A stretch of 37,826 nucleotides of DNA from a virus (taxonomy: Duplodnaviria; Caudoviricetes): positions 1 through 37,826 of IMG/VR virus record IMGVR_UViG_3300031965_000362; one strand, given 5' to 3'. Below the pieces are notes generated by a model, which did not search any database, was not told the origin of the DNA, and was given only the letters and a program-made list of their open reading frames with translations. Each line of letters begins with the position of its first letter. Positions within the stretch are counted from its first letter, which is position 1. Made by a program: the position numbers and the translations under genes. Shown one piece after another: positions 8,073-18,700 of the stretch.

Positions 8073-10606
8073 TGCCAATCCGACAACATGACGATCAAGC
8101 AGTTTGGACCTATCCCACCATCATGCCCAGCATGGATGGAAAGGTGAATCCCCACTCTGTTAGTCTTCCGAACCTCGTAGAAGCTACGGGGCTTGATGGT
8201 CGCTTTATGGGAGCCATTCGACCCTTCCCCGGTATGGCGGACGAAACTGTTCATGGGGTCCCCAAACCTGAATCGGGTCATACGATCACCTCGATTAACA
8301 ACATCGTCTTGGTCAAGTACGCCTCAATCCAGAAGGGAACCAGCGGTAGCATGTTGAAGGGGTTGGCGATCATCGGGGACAACCCCGGAGGAACCGGCAA
8401 GTCGTTATATTACGCCTACCGGGATTCCAGCGACAATACAACGGATGTGGTGGAACTCGAAGATTACGATTCGTGGGACGACTTCAAGCTGACTAGCTAC
8501 GACGAAGTAGATATAACGTCAATGGGCCGCTATATCTACGTGTGCATTAGCGGGGACACGACTTCGACCGTTACCCAGTGGGACGGAAAAGAGGCTCCCT
8601 ACAACAAAGCGTATTTCTGGGACTACAAGATCAATTCCTGGGACAAGTTCGTGACGGGCTTCGACTCTCGATTCATGGGCCTGATGCCCCGACGTGTTCT
8701 GGGACATCCGCTGAATGAAGAGGATGACGGCAGCTACATTGGGAACTCTGACGATTGCATGGCCGCGGAAGTTTATGGTCCGACTGCTCATACGACGGAT
8801 AAGGGAGCGTACACCCATGCCATAGAATTGATTAGTCGGAAGCACAATCTGAGGTCATACTTTCGATACCACACGGAACTGGCTCTCGGAACAACAAACT
8901 CGGGACTTCGATTTACTGCTGATAAGATCAACTTGCCTGTGAGTGGAGGGGGCTCCGTCAACCAGATACGCGGGAACACGCACTCTAGAACCTGCCTAAT
9001 CAACTGGGGCATTCCGCATGTGGATGGCTTCCGTCTTTGGCGTACTCCCCGGGGGGATGGGAACACGGCAATTGACAAGTATACCTTGGTGAGTCAATTC
9101 TACCTGGTTGATGAGTACATTGAGGTGGGGAGCTATCCTACTGGTTCGGGGTTGTTCTTTATCCAGATTGACCACGACTCGATTATTGGCACAGTGTTCA
9201 ACGATTTCAAGTCCACGTGGTTTGGTGACGCGGGCCTGGTTACTCAGCCGCAGTACGCGGCGTTCCTGGACGGGTTCCATCCCGCCCCCCGGTTCAAGCG
9301 ACTTCAGGCATTCGATGGGCTTCTGGTAGGTGTCACGGATGTTGAGGAGCCTGCGTCGCCTGACGAAAAGTGGGACGACACCGAGAAGATTCCAGAGGCG
9401 ATAGCGTGGTCGGTCCTGAATGCCAACGAACCGGAAAACTTCCCACCCGAACAACAGTACCGCCCGGACGAAGCAGCCGAACGGTTCTTGTCCCTGGAGC
9501 CCGCAGGAGACAACCTATTCGGTGTCACCAATTCGGGCGTGTACCGAACCGCACGATCCGGTTCGGGTATCGGTACCAACCGCCTCCAGTTCCGTCTCGG
9601 AGGTGTTAGTCGCTTCGGCCAAACGGGAGTGGGCAACTCACTGTTCGTCGTGACGACCTCCGGCTTGAAGCAAATAGACGGCAACAGCGGAGCTATCAAC
9701 TCCGTATCCGTCCTCGATCGAATCCTCCTGGACGATTCCGAGTGGGCCAGTACCCTCAGTTCGGTCCATGTCGAGTTCGACGCTACGATGGGGGCTCTCA
9801 TCCTGATGAATACGTCCAAGAAGGAAGCCTTTCTCCTCTGGGAATCCACTGGTGCAGTAACCAAGTTGGAGGACATCCCCTGGTCCTTCCTAACATCGGG
9901 GCCGGACGTACTGACGGATGGGGCGAGCCGAGCCTACTTCGTAACCAGTTCCGGCGAATCCCACGTTATCGACGGTAGTCGAACAATGGGCAAGCGGTCC
10001 ATGTGTGGGACAACCGCGAGTGAAACAGTAAACGGCACCTTTACATCGGGCACCACGACAACCACCCTAAACGACACGGAAGCCACGTTCCCGGCTAACT
10101 GCGTCGGCTTCAAGGTCCACATTCTATCGGGCGATCTAATCGGCGAAGCGTCAGAAATCACAGCCCGGGTCAGCGACACCCAGTTGACAGTAGACGCCTT
10201 TTCGGACACCCCGGCGGAAGGGGTACGCTATTCCGTTGCCCCGGTAGTCACCCGTATCGTTCTGCCCGTAATGGTAGGCCAAACTGGGCAACCCGATCCC
10301 TTCGTACGAAAAGTGTGCAAGTCCCTCCAAGCCAGCTTCTCGGACCTGGGGGGAGAGACGGGCACGGACGATACGAACGGGAAGTTCACCTACGGACTTC
10401 GGCAGATGGACACAGAACTAGGTACAACGGAGGTCGATTTCAACATCGTCCCCGACAAGACGGCAGGCTATCTCAACCGGGCCAGCACCCGCCTGTTCCC
10501 CTACTTGGAGTTCAAGGGCGGCAATCAGGACTGGGAACTACAAAGTGTTTTAGTTCATGGCATACTCACCATGAGCGAGGCACAATCCAGGCAAGGAACT
10601 AACTAA
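8072..10606 (+). CDS. Tail nozzle / tail tubular protein B-like (P22 gp10 / T7 gp12 class)
   Basis: 844 aa, beta-rich, downstream of the adaptor. IAWS...PENFP and G.VS.FG...GNSLF..T.SG segments are typical of nozzle beta-propellers. Confidence 0.65.
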   Translation: MPIRQHDDQAVWTYPTIMPSMDGKVNPHSVSLPNLVEATGLDGRFMGAIRPFPGMADETVHGVPKPESGHTITSINNIVLVKYASIQKGTSGSMLKGLAIIGDNPGGTGKSLYYAYRDSSDNTTDVVELEDYDSWDDFKLTSYDEVDITSMGRYIYVCISGDTTSTVTQWDGKEAPYNKAYFWDYKINSWDKFVTGFDSRFMGLMPRRVLGHPLNEEDDGSYIGNSDDCMAAEVYGPTAHTTDKGAYTHAIELISRKHNLRSYFRYHTELALGTTNSGLRFTADKINLPVSGGGSVNQIRGNTHSRTCLINWGIPHVDGFRLWRTPRGDGNTAIDKYTLVSQFYLVDEYIEVGSYPTGSGLFFIQIDHDSIIGTVFNDFKSTWFGDAGLVTQPQYAAFLDGFHPAPRFKRLQAFDGLLVGVTDVEEPASPDEKWDDTEKIPEAIAWSVLNANEPENFPPEQQYRPDEAAERFLSLEPAGDNLFGVTNSGVYRTARSGSGIGTNRLQFRLGGVSRFGQTGVGNSLFVVTTSGLKQIDGNSGAINSVSVLDRILLDDSEWASTLSSVHVEFDATMGALILMNTSKKEAFLLWESTGAVTKLEDIPWSFLTSGPDVLTDGASRAYFVTSSGESHVIDGSRTMGKRSMCGTTASETVNGTFTSGTTTTTLNDTEATFPANCVGFKVHILSGDLIGEASEITARVSDTQLTVDAFSDTPAEGVRYSVAPVVTRIVLPVMVGQTGQPDPFVRKVCKSLQASFSDLGGETGTDDTNGKFTYGLRQMDTELGTTEVDFNIVPDKTAGYLNRASTRLFPYLEFKGGNQDWELQSVLVHGILTMSEAQSRQGTN

Positions 10607-10655
10607 TTGAATGGGAATGAATCAGCAGGGCCGGATAGGCTCATTCCCATTCAAT
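10606..10655. repeat. 15-bp perfect inverted repeat made of two GAATGGGAATGA motifs (copies 2 and 3)
   Basis: ATTGAATGGGAATGA (10606-10620), 20-nt spacer, TCATTCCCATTCAAT (10641-10655). Confidence 0.9.
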
Positions 10656-11811
10656 GTTTGGAGACCCTATAATGGGCGTTATATCCGACTTAATATACGA
10701 TCCAAATGACACTCGTCCCGGCGGGAAAATCACCGACGCCATATTTGGGCCACCCCGCGAGCCGCTCGATATCGAGATTCCCGATGTAGTTGGGGATTCT
10801 AATCTCCCCGCTCAAGGTGAGGCGGGGGAAGAGGCGATAGACGAGGCTAGGGCCACGGAAGACGCCAGCCAAGCGGCTGACATTGAGAATAAAGAACGGG
10901 CGGATGAGCTGGCGGCGGGTATTGAAGAAGACAAGGACGCCACGTCCGAGAGGTTTGACGAAGCAGGGGAGGGCCTGGAGGAGGATCGGGCAAGAATCCA
11001 GGAGGACATCGACAAGCAGACTGAGAATATCCAGAGTATTCCGGGGGATGTGGACGCCCGGTTTGATGAGTTACGTTCTGAGTTTGATGCAAATGCGGCG
11101 GGGGCCTTCGACCGACTTGATTCAGAGAGGTCGGAGGTTCTGGGTGGCATCATGGATGGCCAGGCCCAGGTGATGCAGGCGGCTGTTCAGAACACTCAGG
11201 GCAACGTCAATACGCAAGTCGCTAAGATAATGTCGGACCCTAATCTGTCTGATTCTCAAAAGCGGAGTATGGTTGCCCAGGTCCGAATGAGCGGGTCGTC
11301 TGCGTTAGGCGGGATTGTAGGAACCACTCAGCTTCAATTCAACGAGTTGAGGGCCAATACTGCCACCAAGTTTGCTGAGATCGGGGGGCAGATTCAGAAC
11401 CAGATTTTGAATACGCAGGGTCAGTTGATTGGGATGCAGGGTCAGGCGTTTGCACAGACCCAGATTGCGGTTGGGCAGATGACGAATACCTTGCTGGAGA
11501 TTGATGCCAACTCCTCGGCGGCCTTCGCCAACTCCCAGGCTCAGTTACTTGCTGCACGTTCCTCGGCGGAGATGGCAGGCAATCAGTTACTGTTGGACAT
11601 ATTGCCCGCACAGGATACGCCCTTCCCGGATCATAGCCAGTCGGCACTGCTACAGTATCAGATAGCCGGGGATGTTGCAATGCGGCAGTTCACTTTGATG
11701 CTTCAGGGGATGTCGGTCGAGATGCAAGATGCCCTGTTGGCCTCCATGGAAGGGACGGGGCTGTCCCAGCTATTTGAGTTAGCACTAAGTTTCGTTGGCA
11801 TTGGTAGGTAA
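10654..11811 (+). CDS. Putative internal virion (ejection) protein
   Basis: Acidic then Q/A/G-rich helical protein directly after the nozzle gene. Alternative start at 10672 has SD GGAG. Confidence 0.55.
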   Translation: MFGDPIMGVISDLIYDPNDTRPGGKITDAIFGPPREPLDIEIPDVVGDSNLPAQGEAGEEAIDEARATEDASQAADIENKERADELAAGIEEDKDATSERFDEAGEGLEEDRARIQEDIDKQTENIQSIPGDVDARFDELRSEFDANAAGAFDRLDSERSEVLGGIMDGQAQVMQAAVQNTQGNVNTQVAKIMSDPNLSDSQKRSMVAQVRMSGSSALGGIVGTTQLQFNELRANTATKFAEIGGQIQNQILNTQGQLIGMQGQAFAQTQIAVGQMTNTLLEIDANSSAAFANSQAQLLAARSSAEMAGNQLLLDILPAQDTPFPDHSQSALLQYQIAGDVAMRQFTLMLQGMSVEMQDALLASMEGTGLSQLFELALSFVGIGR

Positions 11812-11836
11812 CAAGTAAGACTTTGTAAGGTGAAGT

Positions 11837-14140
11837 ATGGCAACACGAAGTAAGGGTGGTCCACAGCGTGGGGGACTTTCTGCTAGTTCATTTGGTCCGG
11901 GTAGAGCTTCTCAGCCTGTAGCGGCTCTTGTTGCACTACAGCAACAGTCCCAGGCTCAGATGCAGAAGCTGCTTAAAACCATCGAACAGATGGAGGTCCG
12001 AAATGCCCAGGCTGTGCAACAGGCGGCACAGGCGGGCGGGGGTGCGGCTACTCAGGTGGCCAACCAGGTTGCTGCCGGAATTGATAGACAGAATCAGGAG
12101 AATACTCGGAAGCAGGAGCGGTCTGAAGATAAGACACATCAACAGGATATGGCCAAGTTGAATGCGTCGTTGCAAAGTGACTTGTCCCGTGAGACGGCTG
12201 CAATGGGACAGTCGGTGTTGGCTCATCGTGAGAAGATGATACGGTTCGCCAAGGAGTTCAAGTCGAAGAAGCTGGGGGTGCAGGAGGCAATTGCAGCACT
12301 CGATGCCCGAAACGATGAGATGCTGACGGCTGGTTATTTCTCCAGTGAGGAGGGGCGGAAGGAATATGCACAAAGGGTACACCTCCGAGACATGATGCGT
12401 ATTATGAGCGATGACCAGTCTGATCCCCGGCACCTGGAAGCAGCCTACGATCTCCACAATAAACAGATACAGGCTTCAATAGCTCGGGATGGCAAAGAGA
12501 TGGACCTGGCGAGACTTCAGGTTGATCCTCTCCAACTCCCGATGCCGAAAATCCCTGCTTCCGGCAAAAGGATAGCCAGGCCGGAGGACCTCTCCCCTGA
12601 TAAGATGTTTGAGTTGAAGTTACTGGGGGGTTATCCCGACGGAGGGGTTATGTTCAATGAAGAAGAAAACTTCGGCTTGCCGGAGGGGTACTCTCCCCGT
12701 CTTATGACCCCGGAGTTGGCACTAGCGGTAATTGCACGAGATGATTCTCTGAGGTTCGCCAATGACTTGTCGCTTCGTCAGGAGGAAACCAGGAAGAATC
12801 AGCAGGTTGTGGTTAAAGCTCTTGATGTGTTGCAACCGATGAAGGAAACCTATGGCGTCCTCAACAAGGCATTCAACGCTACGGCTCCACAAGCTGTTGA
12901 AAGGGCGTTGGAATCGTTCCTGGGGGAGACCAACCCCCACAAGTTTAATGATATGGGTCGTACGATTACGGCTCTCGCTATTAAAGAGATGTTCAACGGA
13001 GGACCGCAAGGTGAGAAAATGGCTGTCATTGCCATGGAAATCTTTGACGGCAAGCGTGAACTGAAGACCGCTGAGGAGGGGTGGATCGGGATGTCACTAG
13101 AGTCGGCGGTGTTCAACATACAGCGTCAAATGTCCACCGAGTTTATGAACGCAGGTAAGGAAGGTCAATCCCTATCCACACAATTAGTTAATCAGATGGT
13201 GGATGAACTTGGTGAGGAGGAAGCCGCTCTTGCCCTGGGCGTACAAAATACGGAAAAGGGATTCGTCAGGGCTCAAGAGGTGATGACAGCCCGATTGGCT
13301 GAGGGGATGGCGTTTGGTAATCGGATGCACGACGGCCTCTGGAATGCATCAACCCTGGGGGAGTTCCGCGAAGACCTCAGAACGATGACCCGCCTGTCTG
13401 ACGTATACGCCATGCAAGCGTCTGGGGAGGGGGACCAGGCACAACAGCGTGTTATTAAACTCATGGGGGAGACCGAGGCTCTAGAGGCGGTATCCGGGGA
13501 GGTTGATAGCCGTAGTCCCGATGACATTGCTGCTGGCCGGGGAAAACTTGACGACACTGCACAGTTCGAGAGTTCCGTTATGATGATGAACAACCTAATC
13601 GAATTGAGTAAGGACATGGGTCCAGATGTTCGCCGTGAGGTGGCCGGTTTCGCTTCGGCTAATCTGGATGTCCTGGGTCCCGAAAGTATTGAGGCTTATC
13701 TGTCTCAAACAAAGGTGGAGCATGAGAGGAGTGGCTATGCGAAAAACGCCAGCGAGAGAAACACCTACTACCCTCGCCAGCAAGAACGGGCAAGGACGGC
13801 AGCGTCGGAACAAAAGAAGTCCCAGGAGCAGGGGGGAGAGCTGTCTACTGGAGAAGCGTTCAAGCAGGGGGGCGTTCCGAAAGTTGTGACTGAGAAAGTT
13901 CCCGGCCTTCTGAGTTTGGGCGGGAGAGGAATCGGTCAGGCCCTAATACGGGGGGGAACAGGACTTGTACAGGCGGCTGCCGGACAGGATGCAGCTACCG
14001 GATTCCTGAAAAAGTTCCGTACGGGTGAAAATACAATAGGTGCGGCTTTAGCCGGTGTGATGGCGGACGCTCCGAACTTGAATAGGTCGGAACGTAAACA
14101 GGTTGTCGATGAGGGACTTCTACCGGACGATGAAAGATAG
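11837..14140 (+). CDS. Putative internal virion (ejection) protein
   Basis: 767 aa helical, Q/A/E-rich protein in the ejection-gene position. Confidence 0.55.
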   Translation: MATRSKGGPQRGGLSASSFGPGRASQPVAALVALQQQSQAQMQKLLKTIEQMEVRNAQAVQQAAQAGGGAATQVANQVAAGIDRQNQENTRKQERSEDKTHQQDMAKLNASLQSDLSRETAAMGQSVLAHREKMIRFAKEFKSKKLGVQEAIAALDARNDEMLTAGYFSSEEGRKEYAQRVHLRDMMRIMSDDQSDPRHLEAAYDLHNKQIQASIARDGKEMDLARLQVDPLQLPMPKIPASGKRIARPEDLSPDKMFELKLLGGYPDGGVMFNEEENFGLPEGYSPRLMTPELALAVIARDDSLRFANDLSLRQEETRKNQQVVVKALDVLQPMKETYGVLNKAFNATAPQAVERALESFLGETNPHKFNDMGRTITALAIKEMFNGGPQGEKMAVIAMEIFDGKRELKTAEEGWIGMSLESAVFNIQRQMSTEFMNAGKEGQSLSTQLVNQMVDELGEEEAALALGVQNTEKGFVRAQEVMTARLAEGMAFGNRMHDGLWNASTLGEFREDLRTMTRLSDVYAMQASGEGDQAQQRVIKLMGETEALEAVSGEVDSRSPDDIAAGRGKLDDTAQFESSVMMMNNLIELSKDMGPDVRREVAGFASANLDVLGPESIEAYLSQTKVEHERSGYAKNASERNTYYPRQQERARTAASEQKKSQEQGGELSTGEAFKQGGVPKVVTEKVPGLLSLGGRGIGQALIRGGTGLVQAAAGQDAATGFLKKFRTGENTIGAALAGVMADAPNLNRSERKQVVDEGLLPDDER

Positions 14141-14147
14141 GTGACTT

Positions 14148-14618
14148 ATGGCTATTGGTGGAATTGCATTAACTTTGGGTAGTATTGCCCTGTTTGAGGG
14201 AATAGCTGCACTTCTGGGCCACCTTGAAGGGGACCCAGAAGCTGACGTGGAGACGGCATTGAGGCAGCTTGCGGAGAAGAATCAGAGGCGGGCCTTCTCG
14301 TTGGAGGTTGGGGAGCAAGAGGGGCGTGAGAGCGTCGATGAAAAGTTTGCTCAGTTCAACGAGATTCCTTCCCGGATACTTACGAAGGAAGCATTGAGTC
14401 GAACCCCCCAACCCTCCCGTGGCGAGAGGAATACCGGGCTCTTGGACATGGTGGCGGCCCGGATGGGCCTGACCCCCGAACAGCTTGGGAAAGCCTCCCA
14501 CCCGTCACGAGCCGGAGATATGTCGTCGATGTTGAATAATATCAAACAGCAGCAGTCCCAACAGGGCCAACCGGGCCAGCAAGCCCAACTACCCCAACAG
14601 GGAGATGTAAATGGCTAG
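14148..14618 (+). CDS. Small putative ejection protein with hydrophobic N-terminus
   Basis: Hydrophobic N-terminal segment MAIGGIALTLGSIALFEGIAALLG and Q-rich C-terminus; SD AGGTG. Confidence 0.5.
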   Translation: MAIGGIALTLGSIALFEGIAALLGHLEGDPEADVETALRQLAEKNQRRAFSLEVGEQEGRESVDEKFAQFNEIPSRILTKEALSRTPQPSRGERNTGLLDMVAARMGLTPEQLGKASHPSRAGDMSSMLNNIKQQQSQQGQPGQQAQLPQQGDVNG

Positions 14619-15735
14619 GAAGAAGAAGAAGTCTCCCGTCGTGAAGGCGGTGGAGGCGGCGGGAGAGGCCAACACGGCGGAGGCCCCCCACGGTATGCGT
14701 CGGTTCTTTCGGTTCAGTCAGCTTGCGGTGGGCGAAGCCGGGACAACTCGGAAGCTGGAGGATATATGGGCTACGTTCCTTAAAGAGCTTGATGACCTCT
14801 CTATCCCGGCGGAGGCGAAGTCACGGCTGGAAAGCTTGGGTCCGAAGGCCGTGCTTGGGGGTACGGGGGGACTGCCCGATTCTGTAGCGGCGGTGGCGGG
14901 CGGAAAAGACAATGTGTTATTGCTTAAGGAAACACAGGCGGCTGCTCGGGGGGCATTGAAGGGACTGTCGCCCGGGGCTCTAAAGGCTGACCTGGCTCAT
15001 GCTATCAGCCAGATGGCGAACATGGATGAGTTCAATAATGCGAACGGTCGCCGGATCATCGCTGGACTGCGGAAAGTAGACCCGAAAGTCCTGGCCAAGG
15101 CTGGTGTGGGGAATACGTTGAGTGCCCTATCTAGTCGGGGGGATGACCCCCTTATTACCCAACTTTTCAACAAAATTATGAAGAGGCCCGGGACAGCGAA
15201 GATTCCAACGGGCATCCTGGACACGTTGAGGGACGCGAATAATGGAAAGTTGCCGAAGGTGACCAGGGCCACCACGAAGGCCCTAACGGGTGCCGGAGTG
15301 TCCGGGCTTGGGATCGGACGGAAGATAGCGGGTCTCGCCGGTCGGTCCAAGGTGGGAGGGGCGTTGGCTCTTGGAGTCGCGGGTTTTGAGGTTGCTCGTA
15401 ACTTGCATACCCTGGGTCGGGGGAAGCGAGCGAAGCAGGCCGCTTTGGAAGGGTTTCAGGAGTTGGGTCCCACGTCTAGTGTGGAGTTCCTTCGAGACAT
15501 CGTGGATAAACAGGAAGTTGCTGCACGTAGGAAGGTGACTCTGCAACGGTTCGAGCCGGAGTTGTTTCAGGAGGCCATACGAATCCTTTCGGATACGGGT
15601 GCCAGCAAGTCCACATTGACAAGCACTGAGCGTCGAATCGGGAGTGATGAGAGGGTGGGAGCGGCAAAGAGTGGCCGAGACCCCGAGGACGTTCAGTTCC
15701 TGGTGGATCAACTCTTTAGTCAGATGGGACAATAG
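14611..15735 (+). CDS. Putative ejection protein
   Basis: Basic, G/A-rich, with a glycine-zipper-like hydrophobic stretch (KVGGALALGVAGFEV). SD GGAG; overlaps both neighbours. Confidence 0.5.
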   Translation: MARKKKKSPVVKAVEAAGEANTAEAPHGMRRFFRFSQLAVGEAGTTRKLEDIWATFLKELDDLSIPAEAKSRLESLGPKAVLGGTGGLPDSVAAVAGGKDNVLLLKETQAAARGALKGLSPGALKADLAHAISQMANMDEFNNANGRRIIAGLRKVDPKVLAKAGVGNTLSALSSRGDDPLITQLFNKIMKRPGTAKIPTGILDTLRDANNGKLPKVTRATTKALTGAGVSGLGIGRKIAGLAGRSKVGGALALGVAGFEVARNLHTLGRGKRAKQAALEGFQELGPTSSVEFLRDIVDKQEVAARRKVTLQRFEPELFQEAIRILSDTGASKSTLTSTERRIGSDERVGAAKSGRDPEDVQFLVDQLFSQMGQ

Positions 15736-18700
15736 TGCCGATAGCTGATCCGTTTCAAGATGTACAACCGTTGGGCAGGCAGGCTGAGCTTACGGACCGG
15801 CCTGGACTGGCCCTTGAAAACACGTTTGCGGGGGACCTGCCCGCAGCGTGGAAGTCTCTGTTCCAGCCGAAGGAATTGACCGAGAACGAGAGGAACACCC
15901 TCTTGAAGAAGTGGGGCCTCGATAAGGGTCCGTATGCACAAGTGTTCAAGACCTTGACGAACCCGGTGCTGATTGCGGCCCTGGCGGTCTCGCATGTGTT
16001 TCCGATCGCAGCAGGAAACAACATCTTTAAGATATCCAAGAAGGTTCAGAGCTTGGCGGCTCGCGTTCCGGTGCTGCGGCATATAGCTTCAATGCAAGGA
16101 TTGTTTCTCGGGGTGAAGAGAACGGGATCGGCTGTGGACTTCGTGGATGAGTTCGGGGCGATTGTAAAGAATGTGAATGATTTCCGCGGCAAGCACGCTC
16201 TTGGGTACTCGACTGCGTTGGAGGCATTTCGACGGGAATCCGGCAAGCTGCCAACGAAGCGGGAACAACAGATCGTGTCGGCTTGGCTGGATGGATTGCA
16301 CAAGCCTCTACGGGGGTGGCAGGGAAAGAATGGCACTATTCGATTGGGTTCCGGGGAGACTACCCAAAGTCTGGAGGCGGTGGGGACCCTCATGCCTCAC
16401 CTTGAGGAGCGAATGAGTCCCGCATTACTGAGACTGGCGAAGGGCTTCCGGCAGACGCTCGACAACCAGTGGGGGGAGGTGTTCAGTGATGTCAAGGGAC
16501 GAAGGCGAATCCTCGAAGCTATCCGACGGCAGAAGTCGGCGGGCATAAGTGACAACGTTACGGACACGATGGAGATGTTTCTGCGTGACCCGAAGAAGGT
16601 CCCCGATTACTTTCCACGACGACTACTTCAGAGTGAAGAAGATTTTCGACGGCTCGTTTCTGTACTGACGGAGTCGGGTAGCTCGAAGAAGTTTGCTCAG
16701 TCGGCTCAGCGAAAGATTAGTACCTGGGCCAGCCCGGAAGTCTACAAGCGTCAGTTCAACATGCTCCCGAGTGGAGCAGAGTTGAGTGAATTGGGCGACC
16801 TTGTGGATAGCTCGGCCCGGGAACGACTGAATCAGGTTATTAAGGGGCGTATCGTACATCAAGCTCGGGTGTCGGGTGTTCGTCGCTCCACCCTGGCCAT
16901 GATGTCAAAGGTGCCCCTGGACGAACTGGAGAGCCAGTATCCGAAGCTGTTCCAGCCCGCCGAGGCGGAGAAGATTGCCACCCTTCTTGCGGACCATCGC
17001 CCTTCCGAGTATAGCCTGAAGTTGATGCCGGTTATCAGTCAGTACAATCATACGCTGGCGGGTACCTTCGCGTGGACCGTAAAGGGAGGCGGCGAGAATA
17101 TGGTGGGGATGCTCAACGAGTTGACGCTTCGGGGGAAAACCGACGCTGTAGCTCGGTGGCAGGGGAGTATTCTCAAGGACACGTATATTCCTACTATTAT
17201 GGGACGTGGGACCTTTCGTAATTCCATGCGGGCTCAGATGTTTTCTCAAGCCACTCAGCAGTTGGCGGTCAAGCTGGAATCGAGCCCTGGAATACGAAAG
17301 CTGCTGGGGGACAAAGCGACCGACAGCCTCCTTGCGGGAATGAAGGCATCGAAGGGGGCCTTCTCTCTTCAGAACTTGGAGAGGAAAGCCACTGGCTACT
17401 TCTACCTCTCCACCTTGGGGCTGAATCCTGGGTCCGCCCTGAAGAATATGCTACAGTTGGTGCTTACTACCGGACCGAGTATCGGGTATCGTACTGCGGC
17501 GGCGGGGGCAGGGGAGGCGATGAGGAAGAGCCACAAGTACTTTTCGCTACGTCTTGGTCCTCGCAGTCTAAGTCATGAGGGAGCTTTGCGGCAAGCATAC
17601 CCGGAGTTCGCCGAGTCTGGTTTGGTGGCCTCGCCTATTACGGAGGAAGCAATTCAGAATACGTTGATGAACGCCTACGAAATCTCGGCCTTACCCTCCG
17701 CAGGGGTCAAGGTGGCGGACAAGATTCAGCGGGCCATGATGTCCATGTTCACGGCGTCGGAGACTGCGGTTCGATTGTCCACGTTTGAGGCCGGCATGAT
17801 CCATGCCCGCCGTGCCCAGGTGCCGATGGGAGAGGCTATTGAGTTCTCTCGGAGGTTGGTCGAGAAGACACAGTTCTTGACGGGTCCCCATAATACGCCC
17901 CTGGCCTTGGTGGACAAGTCCCCCTTTGTTCGGCAATTGACTCAGTTCCCTTTGAAAATGCTGGAGTACGCTACGACGACGGCCCTTACGTTGGGCAGTG
18001 GGGCGATCAACCCCCGCACGGGAAAAGAGATGAATATCCTCGGCTTCAATCCCGGCACCTTCGCCCGCATGGTTGCAGGTAGTGTCCTCGCTCTGGAGTT
18101 GGGGGAGGCTGTTGGGTGGAACACTGGAGACGCCTTGATTGGTGGTGCCCTGCCGACCTTCCAACCAGCAGGGAAGATTCTTGCCCCCATCCCCGTTGTT
18201 CCTCCGTTCTTCCAGGTTGTGGGTTCGGCGGCGGCGGGCTTGGGCTCCGGGGACTTCACCGAGTTGGCGAGGTCCACTCCCCTATTGGTCCCGGGCGGCA
18301 CGTCACTATTCCGATTTATGGGGCTTCTGCCTCCGGGTGTGCCGGGAGCGGAACTGGGCCAAGAGGCGGCTAGAGCCTTCCAGCGGACCCACGCGGACTA
18401 CAACCAACCGGCTCCCGATGGACGGATTGCCGTATTCTCCGGGTCAGGAACTCTTCGCGGCTACTATCGCCCGTGGGAATTAGTACGGTTCGGGATGGGG
18501 ATTAAGGGTGGAGACATAGAGAAGGAACAGAACCTCTTGCAGACGCTAGTCAAGAACCGGGACATGATCCGGGAGGAGCGGCAGTCGTACATGGACGCCC
18601 GCTTCAAGAACAATGCCAAGGAAGCGAATCAGATATCCTCGGGCTTCAAGCAGCGGTTCGGGTTCGAGTTGCCCGTTACTGAGAAGGACATGAAGGCGAT

